DNA of 57,386 bases from Macrostomum lignano (taxonomy: Eukaryota). A program made the translations under genes and the position numbers. Within the stretch, counting starts at the first letter, position 1; each line of letters begins with the position of its first letter. Below the pieces are notes generated by a model, which saw only the letters and a program-made list of their open reading frames with translations, searched no databases and was not told the DNA's origin. The stretch spans positions 1-57,386 of the forward strand of contig NIVC01002939.1 in the NCBI GenBank assembly GCA_002269645.1, written 5' to 3'. This document shows positions 46,471-57,386 of the stretch, piece by piece.

Positions 46471-46952
46471 CATTTATTTAACTCGAGTTGTGCTGTTAAT
46501 TACTGAACTAATTTAACGTGGCTGAACGATTTTTATTACACTGACTTTTTTATATCATGTTTCTCTTCTTAATCTTGTCTTTAACGAAAATAATTCTACC
46601 GTTGTTAACAGAAGCATCAAGAAACATTTCCTGATTGGAACTGCTTTATATTTTATTTTGTTTAAAATTTGTATTTGATATTTTAAACTAGTTATTTAGC
46701 TTTTCTCTTTTCGTGTTTTCCTGTTGTTTTTTGAAGTTTTTTTACTGCACTGGCTCTCTCTGCAGCAGCTATTTTTTGTGTTTTGATCTGCTTTTTTATC
46801 TGTTTGCGTGAACTCTTCTATTCTATCTTTGTGTGTGTATGTACTGTACATTGCTGTCTATTATTGTCAATGTAAATGTATGACTCATTTTTATTGAGGC
46901 TCTTTATGCCTTACTGTACAATATACGATTGTAAAAATTTGTAACAAAACTT

Positions 46953-46958
46953 AATAAA
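46953..46958 (+). terminator. Candidate polyadenylation signal for CNOT6
   Basis: AATAAA after a long U-rich tract (46470-46950) typical of a 3' UTR; use of this site is not demonstrated. Confidence 0.35.
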
Positions 46959-47287
46959 TTTGAATTTGTTTTCCAAAACTGTCTCAGTGTCTCTACATTA
47001 CTGTTAGTAGTATGTTAAAATTGTCTTTTGTCGTGTTGTTGTGCCTCCCTTTGTATCTCCTAATTGGCAATATCAGATTGCATATTTGATCCTTATTGTA
47101 GTTACCTGTACTGTACTGTGCTAACTGCTGTAAATCTCCGACATGCGACACATTCTTCAATAATTTGTATGTGTAATAAATCTGAAACTATTGACTATGT
47201 CGGCTAGCGTGAACAACACAGCACTATTTAATCCTCTAATCTGTTTCGTTTGGACTTTATCACTTTTATATCTGCATTTGTTGCTCT

Positions 47288-48645
47288 GGCAATGGGATTT
47301 CACTTTTGCTATGGAAATGGGATTTCACTGTTGCTATGGAAATGGGATTTCAGGGTTGCTATGGGAATTGGATTTCAGTGTTGTTATGGGAATTGGATTT
47401 CAGGGTTGCTATGGGAATGGGATTTCAGGGTTGCTATGGGAATGGAATTTCACTGTTGCTATGGAAATGGGATTTCAGTATTGCTATGGGAATTGGATTT
47501 CAGAGTTGCTATGGGAATGGGATTTCAGTGTTGCTATGGGAATGGGATTTAACTGTTGCTATGGGAATGGGATTTCAGTGTTGCTATGGGAATGGAATTT
47601 CACTGTTGCTATGGAAATGGGATTTCAGTATTGCTATGGGAATTGGATTTCAGAGTTGCTATGGGAATGGGATTTCAGTGTTGCTATGGGAATGGGATTT
47701 AACTGTTGCTATGGGAATGGGATTTCAGTGTTGCTATGGGAATGGGATTTCAGTGTTGCTATGGGAATGGGATTTTTCTGTTGCTATGGGAATGGGATTT
47801 CAGTGTTGCTATGGGAATGGGATTTCAGTGTTGCTATGGGAATGGGATTTCAGAGTTGCTATGGAAATGGGATTTCACTGTTGCTATGGGAATTGGATTT
47901 CAGGGTTGCTATGGAAATTGGATTTCACTGTTGCTATGGAAATGGGATTTCACTGTTGCTATGGAAATGGGATTTCACTGTTGCTATGGTGATAAAATTT
48001 TAATGTTGCTATAGGAATGGGATTTCAGTATTGCTATGGGAATTGGATTTCAGAGTTGCTATGGGAATGGGATTTCAGTGTTGCTATGGGAATGGGATTT
48101 CAGAGTTGCTATGGAAATGGGATTTCACTGTTGCTATGGGAATTGGATTTCAGGGTTGCTATGGGAATGGGATTTCACTGTTGCTATGGAAATGGGATTT
48201 CACTGTTGCTATGGTGATAAAATTTTAATGTTGCTATAGGAATGGGATTTCAGTATTGCTATGGGAATGGGATTTCAGAGTTGCTATGGGAATGGGATTT
48301 CAGTGTTGCTATGGGAATTGGATTTCAGAGTTGCTATGGGAATGGGATTTCAGTGTTGCTATGGGAATGGGATTTAACTGTTGCTATGGGAATTGGATTT
48401 CAGAGTTGCTATGGGAATGGGATTTCAGTGTTGCTATGGGAATTGGATTTCAGAGTTGCTATGGGAATGGGATTTCAGTGTTGCTATGGGAATGGGATTT
48501 TTCTGTTGCTATGGGCATGGGATTTTTCTGTTGCTATGGGCATGGGATTTTTCTGTTGCTATGGGCATGGGATTTTTCTGTTGCTATGGGCATGAGATTT
48601 TTCTGTTGCTATGGGAATGGGATTTCAGTGTTGCTATGGGGATAG
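47288..48645. repeat. 25-bp minisatellite (GGGATTTCAGTGTTGCTATGGGAAT), about 54 copies, with 150-bp and ~225-bp higher-order blocks
   Basis: Period 25; marker variants recur at 47551/47701 and 47989/48214. Confidence 0.96.
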
Positions 48646-48708
48646 GGCTTCACAGTTGCCAACTGCATTGATTGAGAAAACGTTTCTGCAGCGAGACCGT
48701 GCAGGATC

Positions 48709-51309
48709 ATGCAGCAACAGCAGCAGCAACAGCAGGCTCTGTGGCCAAGGCCAGCTGTCTCAGTCAGCACTGCAGCTGTGCCAGCAGCCCCTCCGGCTGC
48801 TTCAGTGCTGACTGCCAGTCAGTGTTACATCTGCGGCGCCTTGTCAGCGGCCGCCAATGTCAGCGTCAGTTTCCCGTTGAATAAAATAGTGTTCAGACAG
48901 CAGCTTCATTATTGCAGATTCGCCTCGGCTGCTAAACAGGTCCTGGTGACCGAGTTTGGCACCTTGTATAGGTGAGTTGCGCTCTTGAATATTGTCTTTG
49001 CTATTGTCTAGCTATCAATGAGTCATCGCTTAGCTATCCATGAGTCACTGACTATCAATGAGTCATTACAGCTATCAGTGACTCACTATCTCCAGTAATG
49101 AGTCATTACAGCTATCAATGACTCACTATCGCCAGTAATGAGTCATTACAGCTATCAATGACTCACTATCGCCAGTAATGAGTCATTACAGCTATCAATG
49201 ACTCACTATAGCTAGCACTGAGTCATTACGAGCTATCAATGACTCACTATAGCTAGCAATGAGTCATTACGAGCTATCAATGACTCACTATCGCTAGCAA
49301 TGAGTCAGCCAGCTCAATGCTAGACATCTGCCTCTCTGCATTTCAGAGGCGCTCTGCCCCCTCTGCTCCAACGGGCCAGCAACCTGGGCATTATGTTCGG
49401 CTGTTACGCAATCGCTCGACAACACCTTGACAACAGTAGTTTATTACCAACGGTTGCTAAGAACGCCGCTGTTGCTAGGGCGGTAATGGCCGCTTCCGTT
49501 GCCGGAGCCTGCGAAGCCGCCTTAATGCCGTTCGAGCGAATTCAGACTCTGCTGCAGATGGGCAACGGTAGGCACTCTACTGTCAGTAGTGCTTACGGAC
49601 ATCGCCGCGCCACTAATTTGTATCGGGATACGTTCCATGCCTTCTGCGAGCTTCGAAAACGCTATGGTGTACCGGAATTGTATCGTGGGCTCAGCGCTGT
49701 GAGTCTCGCTTTGTCTTGGAAATGACAGAAAGAATAGAAAAGATAGGGATAGAAAATCTCACCAAAGAGATTCTTTATAATGTCACTCATAGAGATTCTC
49801 CTGTAGAGCGATAGAGATTCCCCCACAGAGGGATAAAGATTCCCCTACAGAAGGATAGAGATTCCCCTACAGAGGGATAAAAATTCCCCTACAGAGGGAT
49901 AGAAATTCCCCCACAGAGGGATAGAGATTCCCCACAGAGAGATAAAGATTCCCTTACAGAGGGATAGAAATTCCCCCACAGAGAGATGGAGATTACTCTA
50001 AAGAGGGATAGAGATTCTCCTGTAGAGCGATAGAGATTCCCCCACAGAGGGATAGAGTTTCCCTTCAGAGGGATAGATAGTCTCCTACAAAGGAATAGAG
50101 ATTTCCCCACAGAGGGATAGAGATTCCTCTTATAGAGGGATAGAGATTCCCCTACAGAGGGATAGAGATTCCCCTACAAAAGGAAAGAGATTCCCCTACA
50201 GAGGGATAGAAATTCCCCTACAGAGGGATAGAGATTTCCTCACAGAGGGATAGAGATTCCTCTTATAGAGGGATAGAGATTCCCCTACAGAGGGATAGAG
50301 ATTCCCCTACAGAAGGAAAGAGATTCCCCTACAGAGGGATAGAAATTCCCCTACAGAGGGATAGAAATTCCCCCACAGAGGGATAGAGATTCCCCTTATA
50401 GAGGTATAGAGATTCCCCTACAAAGGGATAGAGATTCTCCTACAGAGGGATAGAGATTCCCTAGCAGAGGGATAGAGATTCCCTAACAGAGGGATAGAGA
50501 TTCCCTAACAGAGGGATAGAGATTCCCTAACAGAGGGATAGAGATTCCTCTTATAGAGGTACATGTATAGATATTCCCCACAGGGATAGAGATTCCCCAC
50601 ATAGGGATAGAGATAACCCAACAAAGGGATAGAGATTCCCCACATATGGATAGAGATAACCCACATAGGGATAGAGATTCCCCAACAAAGGGATAGAGAT
50701 TCCCCTACAGAGGGATTGAGATTCTCCTACAAAGGGAGATTCCCCTACAGAGAGGGATAGAGATTCCTCTACAGAGGGATAGAGATTCTCATATATAGGA
50801 TCATAGAGATGGCTTTAGATTTGAGATCTCTTGCCGTCAAGTTCTCAGACATTGACTATGCATATATTACTATGAGTTGCTATAGTAACGAAATCAACCA
50901 CCAGGTCCTGCTGCGCAACTCCACCAGCACAGCTCTGTACTTTGGTCTGCGCGAGCAAACCCGGCATTGGCTGCCGCCAGCCGCAGATTCTTCAACTAGA
51001 AGCAGCAACGTCTGCGGCTTCGTCCAAGGCGCCTGCATCGGCGGCTTCGTGTCCACCCTGGTGTACCCGCTCAACGTGGCCAAATCGCATATGCAGGCCC
51101 GGGTTGGTGGCGGCTACCTCAGTCTGTCCGAGGTTCTGTCCGGCCTAGTGTCCGAGCGGAACGGCCGACTGACCGGGCTGATGCGCGGCTCTCCGGCCAA
51201 CTGCTTCCGGGCAATGCTGTCCTGGGGTGTGGTGACCGCCGCCTACGACTGGCTGGCTGACCGGCTTTTTGCTGCGTCCGCCTGCGGCTCCGTGCGACTG
51301 CGCGGATGA
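48709..51309 (+). CDS. SLC25A51: Mitochondrial carrier of the SLC25A51/52 (MCART1, mitochondrial NAD+ transporter) type, 3 exons
   Basis: Exons 48709-48971, 49347-49698, 50905-51309. Motifs YICG..FPLNKIVFRQQL, LYRGALPPLLQR, AGACEAALMPFERIQTLLQ, LLRN..LYFGLR, YPLNVAKSHMQARVGG and RAMLSWG match human SLC25A51 (YLCG..FPIQKVLFRQQL, LYRGILPPLMQK, PLERVQTLLQ, FPINVVKTRIQSQIGG, RSLISWG). Confidence 0.92.
49015..49315. repeat. 40-bp minisatellite (AGCTATCAATGACTCACTATCGCCAGTAATGAGTCATTAC), about 7 copies, SLC25A51 intron 1
   Basis: Period 40. Confidence 0.92.
49790..50795. repeat. 22-bp minisatellite (GGGATAGAGATTCCCCTACAGA), about 45 copies, SLC25A51 intron 2
   Basis: Period 22. Confidence 0.95.
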
Positions 51310-51311
51310 GG

Positions 51312-51590
51312 GTTCTGGGATTTGGGAATAGACTGCTGGGATTTGGGAATAGACTGCTGGGATTTGGGAATAGACTGCTGGGATTTGGGAATAGACTGTT
51401 GGGATTTAGGAATAGACTGCTGGGATTTGGGAATAGACTGCTGGGATTTCGGAATAGACTGCTGGGATTTGGGAATAGACTGCTGGGATTTGGGAGTAGA
51501 CTGTTGGGACTTGGGAATAGACTGCTGGGATTTGGGAATAGACTGCTGGGACTTGGGAATAGACTGCTGGGATTCGGTAACAGACTGATG
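51312..51590. repeat. 21-bp minisatellite (GGGAATAGACTGCTGGGATTT), about 13 copies, directly after the SLC25A51 stop
   Basis: Period 21. Confidence 0.95.
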
Positions 51591-52216
51591 GGATATATTT
51601 TTTCAAAGTTCTACGTATATATAGATTGATAGATTTTTTATATCATAGTTGTGCGTTTTCAAATTCTAATTTACCATTACAGTAAAGAAGGTGCTACTTC
51701 CTGATTTCCGTTTACCTAATGCAGTACAGGCCGAAAATTCAATTTTTAATCCGCCAAGCAATCCAGTTCTGCTTTATCCGCTCCGGTGTTTCTAATACGT
51801 GATTTTATAACTGATGTGTTTCTAATTATTGTACATTGCATTTTCGAATACAAGTATGTCCTAGTTCATTGTGATGGATGATATACCGGTCAATTCAATA
51901 CTACATTAGGTTATTTTGGTGGATTCTAGTCTACTCAGAGTAGGTGCATAAGAAAATTGTCTTATTGTTATAGTACGCAAAATAGAAATAAAATTTTAGC
52001 CTTAACTAAAGAAACAATAAATTAATTGAAATAGACTTTTGGCATTTTAACGTTTCAATTTAATCAAAGGTACTCGAATACGTTCGTCTAATTAATGATT
52101 ATTAAATAGTTAAAACACTGCAGGGTCTTCAAATTAAACGCCAGGATAGCAAACTCAGCATGCAACTTGATTAAAACAAATTTAGCATTGTGCAATTTAT
52201 CAATTTAAACTCTCGT

Positions 52217-55010
52217 TCAGCTCAGTTCGCGACGAGATTTTCGGCACACCGTGGAGACAAGGACCTCGGCTTCGTTGTCCATGGCCAGCTTATCCTTGTC
52301 GCTCTGGCCGCTGCAATCGAGAAGCTCCTCGGCCGACTCCACTGTGCCGTACACCACTCTTCTCGGATGGTTTAACTCAGGACTTCTACTCAGAGGACTC
52401 CACCGAGTTCGCTTGAATCTATGGCGAAGTCTTTGCATAATTGGAGTAGCAGCGCTTCCAGATGAGCGAGTCGCAAGCATAGTAATTGCGACACCTGCCA
52501 TGATTCCTGCTAGGCAGCAGCAGAACACCACTAGGATCGGTGTTGAAATCCGCGTATCGGTGGATTCGGACGGTACACGAAATTCTGACGCCTGCAGTCC
52601 AGTTGCTTTCTGCACGCCGCTTCCAAAGAATCCCTTGAAGCTCCACGAGTTGCTGCTTATGTCGTAGCCCCACCGCCAGCCGTGCTTCTCAATGCGAGTT
52701 ACCGGGCGCTCGATCAGTTCGTCGTCGGGCTCCTCGAACGGCGGACGTCGTACTGGCAGCCGGTGCAGACCGGAGCGGCCCTTCACGCACTGCATGACGG
52801 CACAGCCGTCCACCGTGTCCAGGGTGACCTGGCTGAAGCCCTCGGGCATTGCTTTGGCCACTCGGACTCAGCAGAGAGACCACCCGACGAAGCCATCAGA
52901 CCCCGACTTGGCTCGGCCAGCGGGTTTCCCGACCGACAAGAGAAGAATCCGCCGATCGGGAGTCGATATCTAGCGGCCGAGTGCAGGTCCATGCTCAGGC
53001 AGAGCGCGATGTCCCGTCCGATAACGTAGGGCTTGAAGAGCTCTCGGCAGGAGGCAGCCTGAGTGACTTGGTTCAAAAAGCGACCGTTAGTGGCATAGGC
53101 CCCGCCGAACACCATTCCCGAGTGGGTTCGGAGCCGAGCACCTTTTCTCGCGGCGCACCAGAACGTATTGAGTGTAGTGGTCGATTTCTCACAATCGTAG
53201 CCGTCGTCGCAGGTGAAAAATATGTAGCAGTTTGTGGTTTTCTTGGTGCACTTTTCCTTGGTTTGACCAGTTGTTGTAAGAAGAGGCACCTGCTCGGTGG
53301 TTTTGAAGAGCAAGCAGGATTCTCATGATGAGCAGAGCTGCGATCTTATGCCTTTTACGGCAGTCTTTCATGCTAAGTTAATTGCATGTACATGCATGCT
53401 TTCATACTCTGTATCATAAGGAGCAGCTCACCTCTTCGTAGCCTTTGGGGCATGAAAACGTCCCACTTATTGGGTTTCTTAAAGCACCACCGTATGCGCT
53501 ACAAGCACCCAACCAAGACCTGGTCTCTGTGCACGTCTGATAGACGCCGGCAAAGCTGAAATTTGTCGCTGGTGCCTCGCAATGGCCGTCCAAGTTAGCG
53601 GTAGGGTCGAAATTGGCGGAATTCGGATCTTGACAGCCTTTGACTGCGTTGGCGGCGTAGTACCTTTTTGTGGTTACAAGTGGATAGAATAGGTCGCACT
53701 CGTAATACCGCTTTTGAACTATTGCTTCAAAAGGGTTCTAAGGGTTTCCATAGACGGATTGAAAATAGTTGGGCTCACCTAGTTACTGCATCCTCAATCT
53801 CCTTTCTGAGCTGCAGCAGGAACACCGCCGGCATCTCAGGTAGCGACCTTCGACTGATGACAGCGTACAGCGGCTCTCCGTCCACATCCACCCCTACGAG
53901 GTTTTCCTTGAGTCCTTTCAGCCAGTCTTCCAGACTCGGGTCTGCACCAAGAACTGGACCGCCATGCGACTTGATAGACATCTTGCTGATGCTCTTTTCG
54001 TACTTCTCGACGTTCTGCTTCGTAGCGATGTATTCAAATTTGGCTGACATGTTTAGCAGGCTGAAAAAGTTGAGACTCATTGTGGCCGACAGCTTGCTGT
54101 TTGTGAACTCCTGGCTGCTAAAGGCGTCCTTGTTAAAGAAGTCGACCTTTTCAAGAACGCCGCCCGCGTCAACCGTGGTGACCACATGCGTTCCGAAATC
54201 CTGATCACCAGATCGGACAGGTATCGAGCCAGCTTGGTTCGGTTACTAGCGATGGCGCTCACGATGTCGGACATGCGGCTGACGAACGCCTCGGAGAGCC
54301 GGAAGTCCGGCTGCAGCTTGGCCGTGTAGAGCCTGTAGCGAAGCTGCGTCCGGCCCATCTTGAACTTGCTGCTAACGGCCACAGACTTCATCTGCTGGAA
54401 CTCATCGGACAGCTTGCCGTTGATGCTGAGAACTTTGTTGGAGGCTTCGGCGTTGATTGACTGGCTGAGGGTGCTGGTGTAGTTATTGAAGTGCTCCATC
54501 ACCTCAGACATGACTTCCACTGCGGACTCTTTGCGGATGAGTAGGTTCACTCTGTTTGGTAGGACGTACGCGCCGTCATCAGAGAGGTGCAGTCGTTGAA
54601 GGAGATGTCCGCCACTTTCCCCATGTCCTTGTTTCTCAGGTTGTCCCAGCCGCCGCCTAATTAAATGTGGTTGTATTTTTACTGGATTTTTTAGCGGTAA
54701 AATTCATCGAAACATCTCAGTGGTATGCAAAGATGGAGAGGCGAGAGAGAGAGATGATATTTTGAAGTGCAGATACACTCGTATACACATGCAATTCAGT
54801 CCTATTTTTGTCAGCTTCTGAATAATAAGATACTTACCAGGAAGCGCAGAAAAGCGATTTAGGTTGCTCTTCTTGTCGACGAGCATTTGCAAGCTGGTAG
54901 ATTATTTTCATTGGCTTGATGATTTTTAACCTCGGTAACCGAAGGTGTGTTGCTTGAGCAGCGCAGACAATGGCTGCCGCCAATGCCACAGCGGCAATGC
55001 CTTGGAGCAT
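52217..55010 (-). CDS. MPEG1: MPEG1/perforin-2 paralog A (signal peptide, MACPF, EGF-like, P2 domain, TM, cytosolic tail), 4 exons, 5 apparent 1-nt deletions
   Basis: Exons 55010-54838, 54656-53779, 53663-53432, 53289-52217. Motifs MLQGIAAVALAAAIVCAAQA (signal), FSALPGGGWDNLRNKDMG, DFGTHVVTTVDAGG, KSHGG, GCQDPNSANFDPTANLDGHCE..NFSFAGVYQTC, NPISGTFSCPKGY, FWC, PIGGFFSCRSGNPL, CP.GFSQ..DGC..QCVK and a C-terminal TM segment match vertebrate MPEG1. Confidence 0.9.
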
Positions 55011-55879
55011 AGCGCTCGGTTCAGTTGCAACGCTCTCCTTGTTCCTTACTTGAACGGAGCAGGATTAGCAGGCAGCACACCGTAATCATATTTATATATT
55101 TATTTGTTGACGGATATAAACTCTAATTAGCTTTGAAAATCTATTTAGAACCTTGACTATTTATTAATACCCCGCACTTAGAAGCACAAGTGAGAGCAGT
55201 AAATTTGACTATAAATAATCTTCTAATTGTCTTGAAGCTTTATCTATAGCACCTTTGTATGTATATGTATATGTACATGTATATGTATATGTTGTATATG
55301 TATATATTGCCTACTATTGTCCCATATGCGCAGTGTATACTTCGCTACGCGCTGGGCGTGCACTACCCGGAGCGCCTGCCGTCCAACGCTCTGATGGCCG
55401 CGCTGGAACTTCGCCCCTGAGCGCTACCCTGCGCTGGCGCCGCGGCGTGGCGGCCGACCGGTGCAGTATGTATATAGTATAATATATAGTATATCGTATT
55501 TTATACATTCGCTATTCTGGAGTCTATTATGTGTATAATGCGCTCCTCCACAATACATTAAGGATCATGCAATAGGGTCATGGTCATGTAAGGTCTAGCA
55601 AATTCGCTGCATCTACTGCCACCGCACATTCAAGTGTTTTTGTGCAGCACTCGCGGGTGTTTTGTGTGTGTTGTCCTTATTCAAAGGTAACAGTTAACGG
55701 TGCCATCGTATATACGTACGTGTTCGAAGAAGTAGTTCGTCTAAATAGTGCCGTTAGTTTTTGTTAAACCAGCTCTTGTTGTCTTATTTCTGTAGCGATA
55801 TAAGTTTAAAAACTAGCTAGAACAGGCGCTGCGCTCCGCTCAGATCAAACTGAACTGATTTAAAATTTCGATCAGAAGA

Positions 55880-57280
55880 ATGCTGCTCCTTTTGGCCTTA
55901 CTTTTTTTTCTCCTTGCGCTTGTAATATCGGTTGTGTCATCAAAAGAACTGAAACTAGAGGCTCACCAAGCCGAAAATGGCCGACATTGGCGTCTTGGAG
56001 GCTCGTCTGTCGGTTCTCCTCTGAGATTTCTCTGCGCTGCCCGGTGCGTTAAAAATGAGAGGCCTACCGTACCGAGAGATCCTCTCGGATCTCGACCTAG
56101 ATCTGTAGATTTTCCTTTTCTCTAACATAGACAATAATTGAGTTACTTTGCTTATTAAACTTTCGCATTTTGAATGGCTAGAAATCTCCAAATTCTCCAT
56201 AAAATTTATCTTCTCTTTTATTCCTAAAAACGGTAGTCATAGCCTTAAGTTGGGCCTCTCTAAAGTTTTGTTGGCTTCTCTAAAGTCCTAACTATCTTTG
56301 TAAACTTCCCTGTCTAGCCAAGTCTATAAATAATCTCCTAGATATCTGCTTCTCTCATACATTTAGCTCATTATTAGATTTACGCTCGAATGTTTTAGGA
56401 GCGGTTGGGACAACCTCAGAAACTTGGAGATGGGACTTGTTAGCTAGTGAGTCTTTTCAGCACGGCAAGCTGTCATCCGACGGAAAGTACTTGCTGCCAA
56501 GCGGCGTGATTCTGTATGTCAGAAAGGAGTCTAACTTGGAGATTCACTCGAGGATCATCGGAGCACTGCAACAACTACACTGACTCGGTCAGCGGGTCAA
56601 TCAATGCTGCCAGCACAGGATTCTTGAAGGCTATTGCTATCGCGGGTCGGCTGTCCGATGAGTACCAGACACGTTCGCTCGATTTCGCTTCGAGATAAAC
56701 TTCAGATCGGCAGGACTCAGTTGCTCTATCGACTTACTCAGCCAACATGCAGCCAGACTTTAAGCTGTCCGAATCGCTGATTGTTCGCTTGAAAGCGTCG
56801 CAGGAGCGCTAGCAAAGAAGCGGACGAGCCTTGCCAGGTACAGGGCTGACCTGATTGTTCGCTGACTATGGACGCACGTTGTAACCTCGGTTGAAGCCGG
56901 CGGAATCCTGCAGAAGGTGGACTTATTCCAGTCTGACTCGGTTGCAAACAGCAGCTCTCTGAGAAATAAGCTCTCAGCTTCGATGAGCGCCCTTTTCATC
57001 GCTGCTGGGCGGTAAGCATCGCGCGCTGGATCCGTGTCCAAAGAAGACCTGCAGCGGTAACGAAGAAGAGCGTCCGCGACACCATTGTCAAATCATATGG
57101 CGGGCCGAATCTGGGTCCGCAACCGAAGCTCTCGATTGGCTGCGGACTTTGAATGAGAATCTGGTAGCGATTGATCGCAATGGCGAGCCGCTGTGCGATG
57201 TCATTAGCGAGGCCAACCTTCCCGGAGTCAATGCGCTGCAACTGCTGGATCTGCGCAAGGCGATTCAGAGTCATCGAGAG
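55880..57280 (+). pseudogene. MPEG1: MPEG1/perforin-2 paralog B (signal peptide plus MACPF), heavily frameshifted in this sequence: pseudogene or consensus error; continues past the right edge
   Basis: Exon 55880-56043 (MLLLLALLFFLLALVISVVSS..FSALPG) and exon 56399-57280 (SGWDNLRNLEMG, SDGKYLLP, RKESNLE, INA, LSDEYQ, LARYRADLIVR.YGTHVVTSVEAGGILQKVD, KSYGGP, NENLVAIDRNGEPL), with the same two intron positions as paralog A; about 10 or more frame changes are needed. Confidence 0.8.
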
Positions 57281-57386
57281 GTTAGCTGTTGGATGTGAAT
57301 GTTGACAAAACTTTCTACGTATTCGTAGGACTGAATGTTGCTACAATATTAGAAAATACTACGTACGAGACTATAGTGTTTTAACT

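Noticed and set aside
40421-48671. Repeat-rich ORFs (LILQSVKGP, HPIHQLFT, YGMGRIS, TTVNDSSM, CCYGNGIS)
   Set aside because: All are translations of intronic or intergenic minisatellites, with no splice-compatible link to the real exons
54894-54930. A 37-nt GT-AG intron that would restore the frame of MPEG1-A exon 1
   Set aside because: The skipped sequence encodes EVKNHQANENN, which resembles paralog B (ELKLEAHQAEN), and splicing would lose the conserved Cys; two homopolymer deletions explain it better
52783-57274. Programmed ribosomal frameshifting or RNA editing as a shared mechanism for the MPEG1 pair
   Set aside because: There are no common slippery heptamers, the indels sit in homopolymers, and the same pattern affects the unrelated ABCA gene at the other window edge, so consensus error is more parsimonious
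56760-57274. Minus-strand ORFs of 92-93 aa (and similar antisense ORFs across the ABCA exons)
   Set aside because: They are antisense shadows of GC-rich coding sequence on the opposite strand

Overview
Intron-rich invertebrate (metazoan) nuclear DNA with no prokaryotic features. GC-rich exons sit in introns full of minisatellites, which resembles a free-living flatworm such as Macrostomum; that taxon is an inference only. Six genes were reconstructed by hand from splice sites and reading phase. (1) A giant ABCA-subfamily lipid exporter on the minus strand (ATG at 20795, 35 exons, running off the left edge). About 3,990 codons are read and the gene is still inside extracellular domain 1, which appears to be built from about 17 diverged Cys-paired helical modules followed by an RRRKRR furin-type site. 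(2) GLT1D1, a GT4 glycosyltransferase (+, 30559-35420). (3) CNOT6/CCR4 deadenylase (+, 40164-45115). (4) An SLC25A51-like mitochondrial carrier (+, 48709-51309). (5, 6) Two head-to-head, intron-containing MPEG1/perforin-2 paralogs (minus 52217-55010; plus 55880 to beyond 57280). Single-base frameshifts occur only near the two ends of the window (about 1-720 and 52.8-57.3 kb), which suggests long-read consensus error rather than true gene decay. The rest is more than 20 distinct mini/microsatellite arrays (one related family in inverted orientation, two AP-1-motif arrays, some higher-order repeats), two tRNA-derived SINEs (one CORE-type, one with a 14-bp TSD), a duplicated element with a tRNA-like head and a MITE-like inverted repeat. 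Most long ORFs in the supplied track are satellite artefacts.
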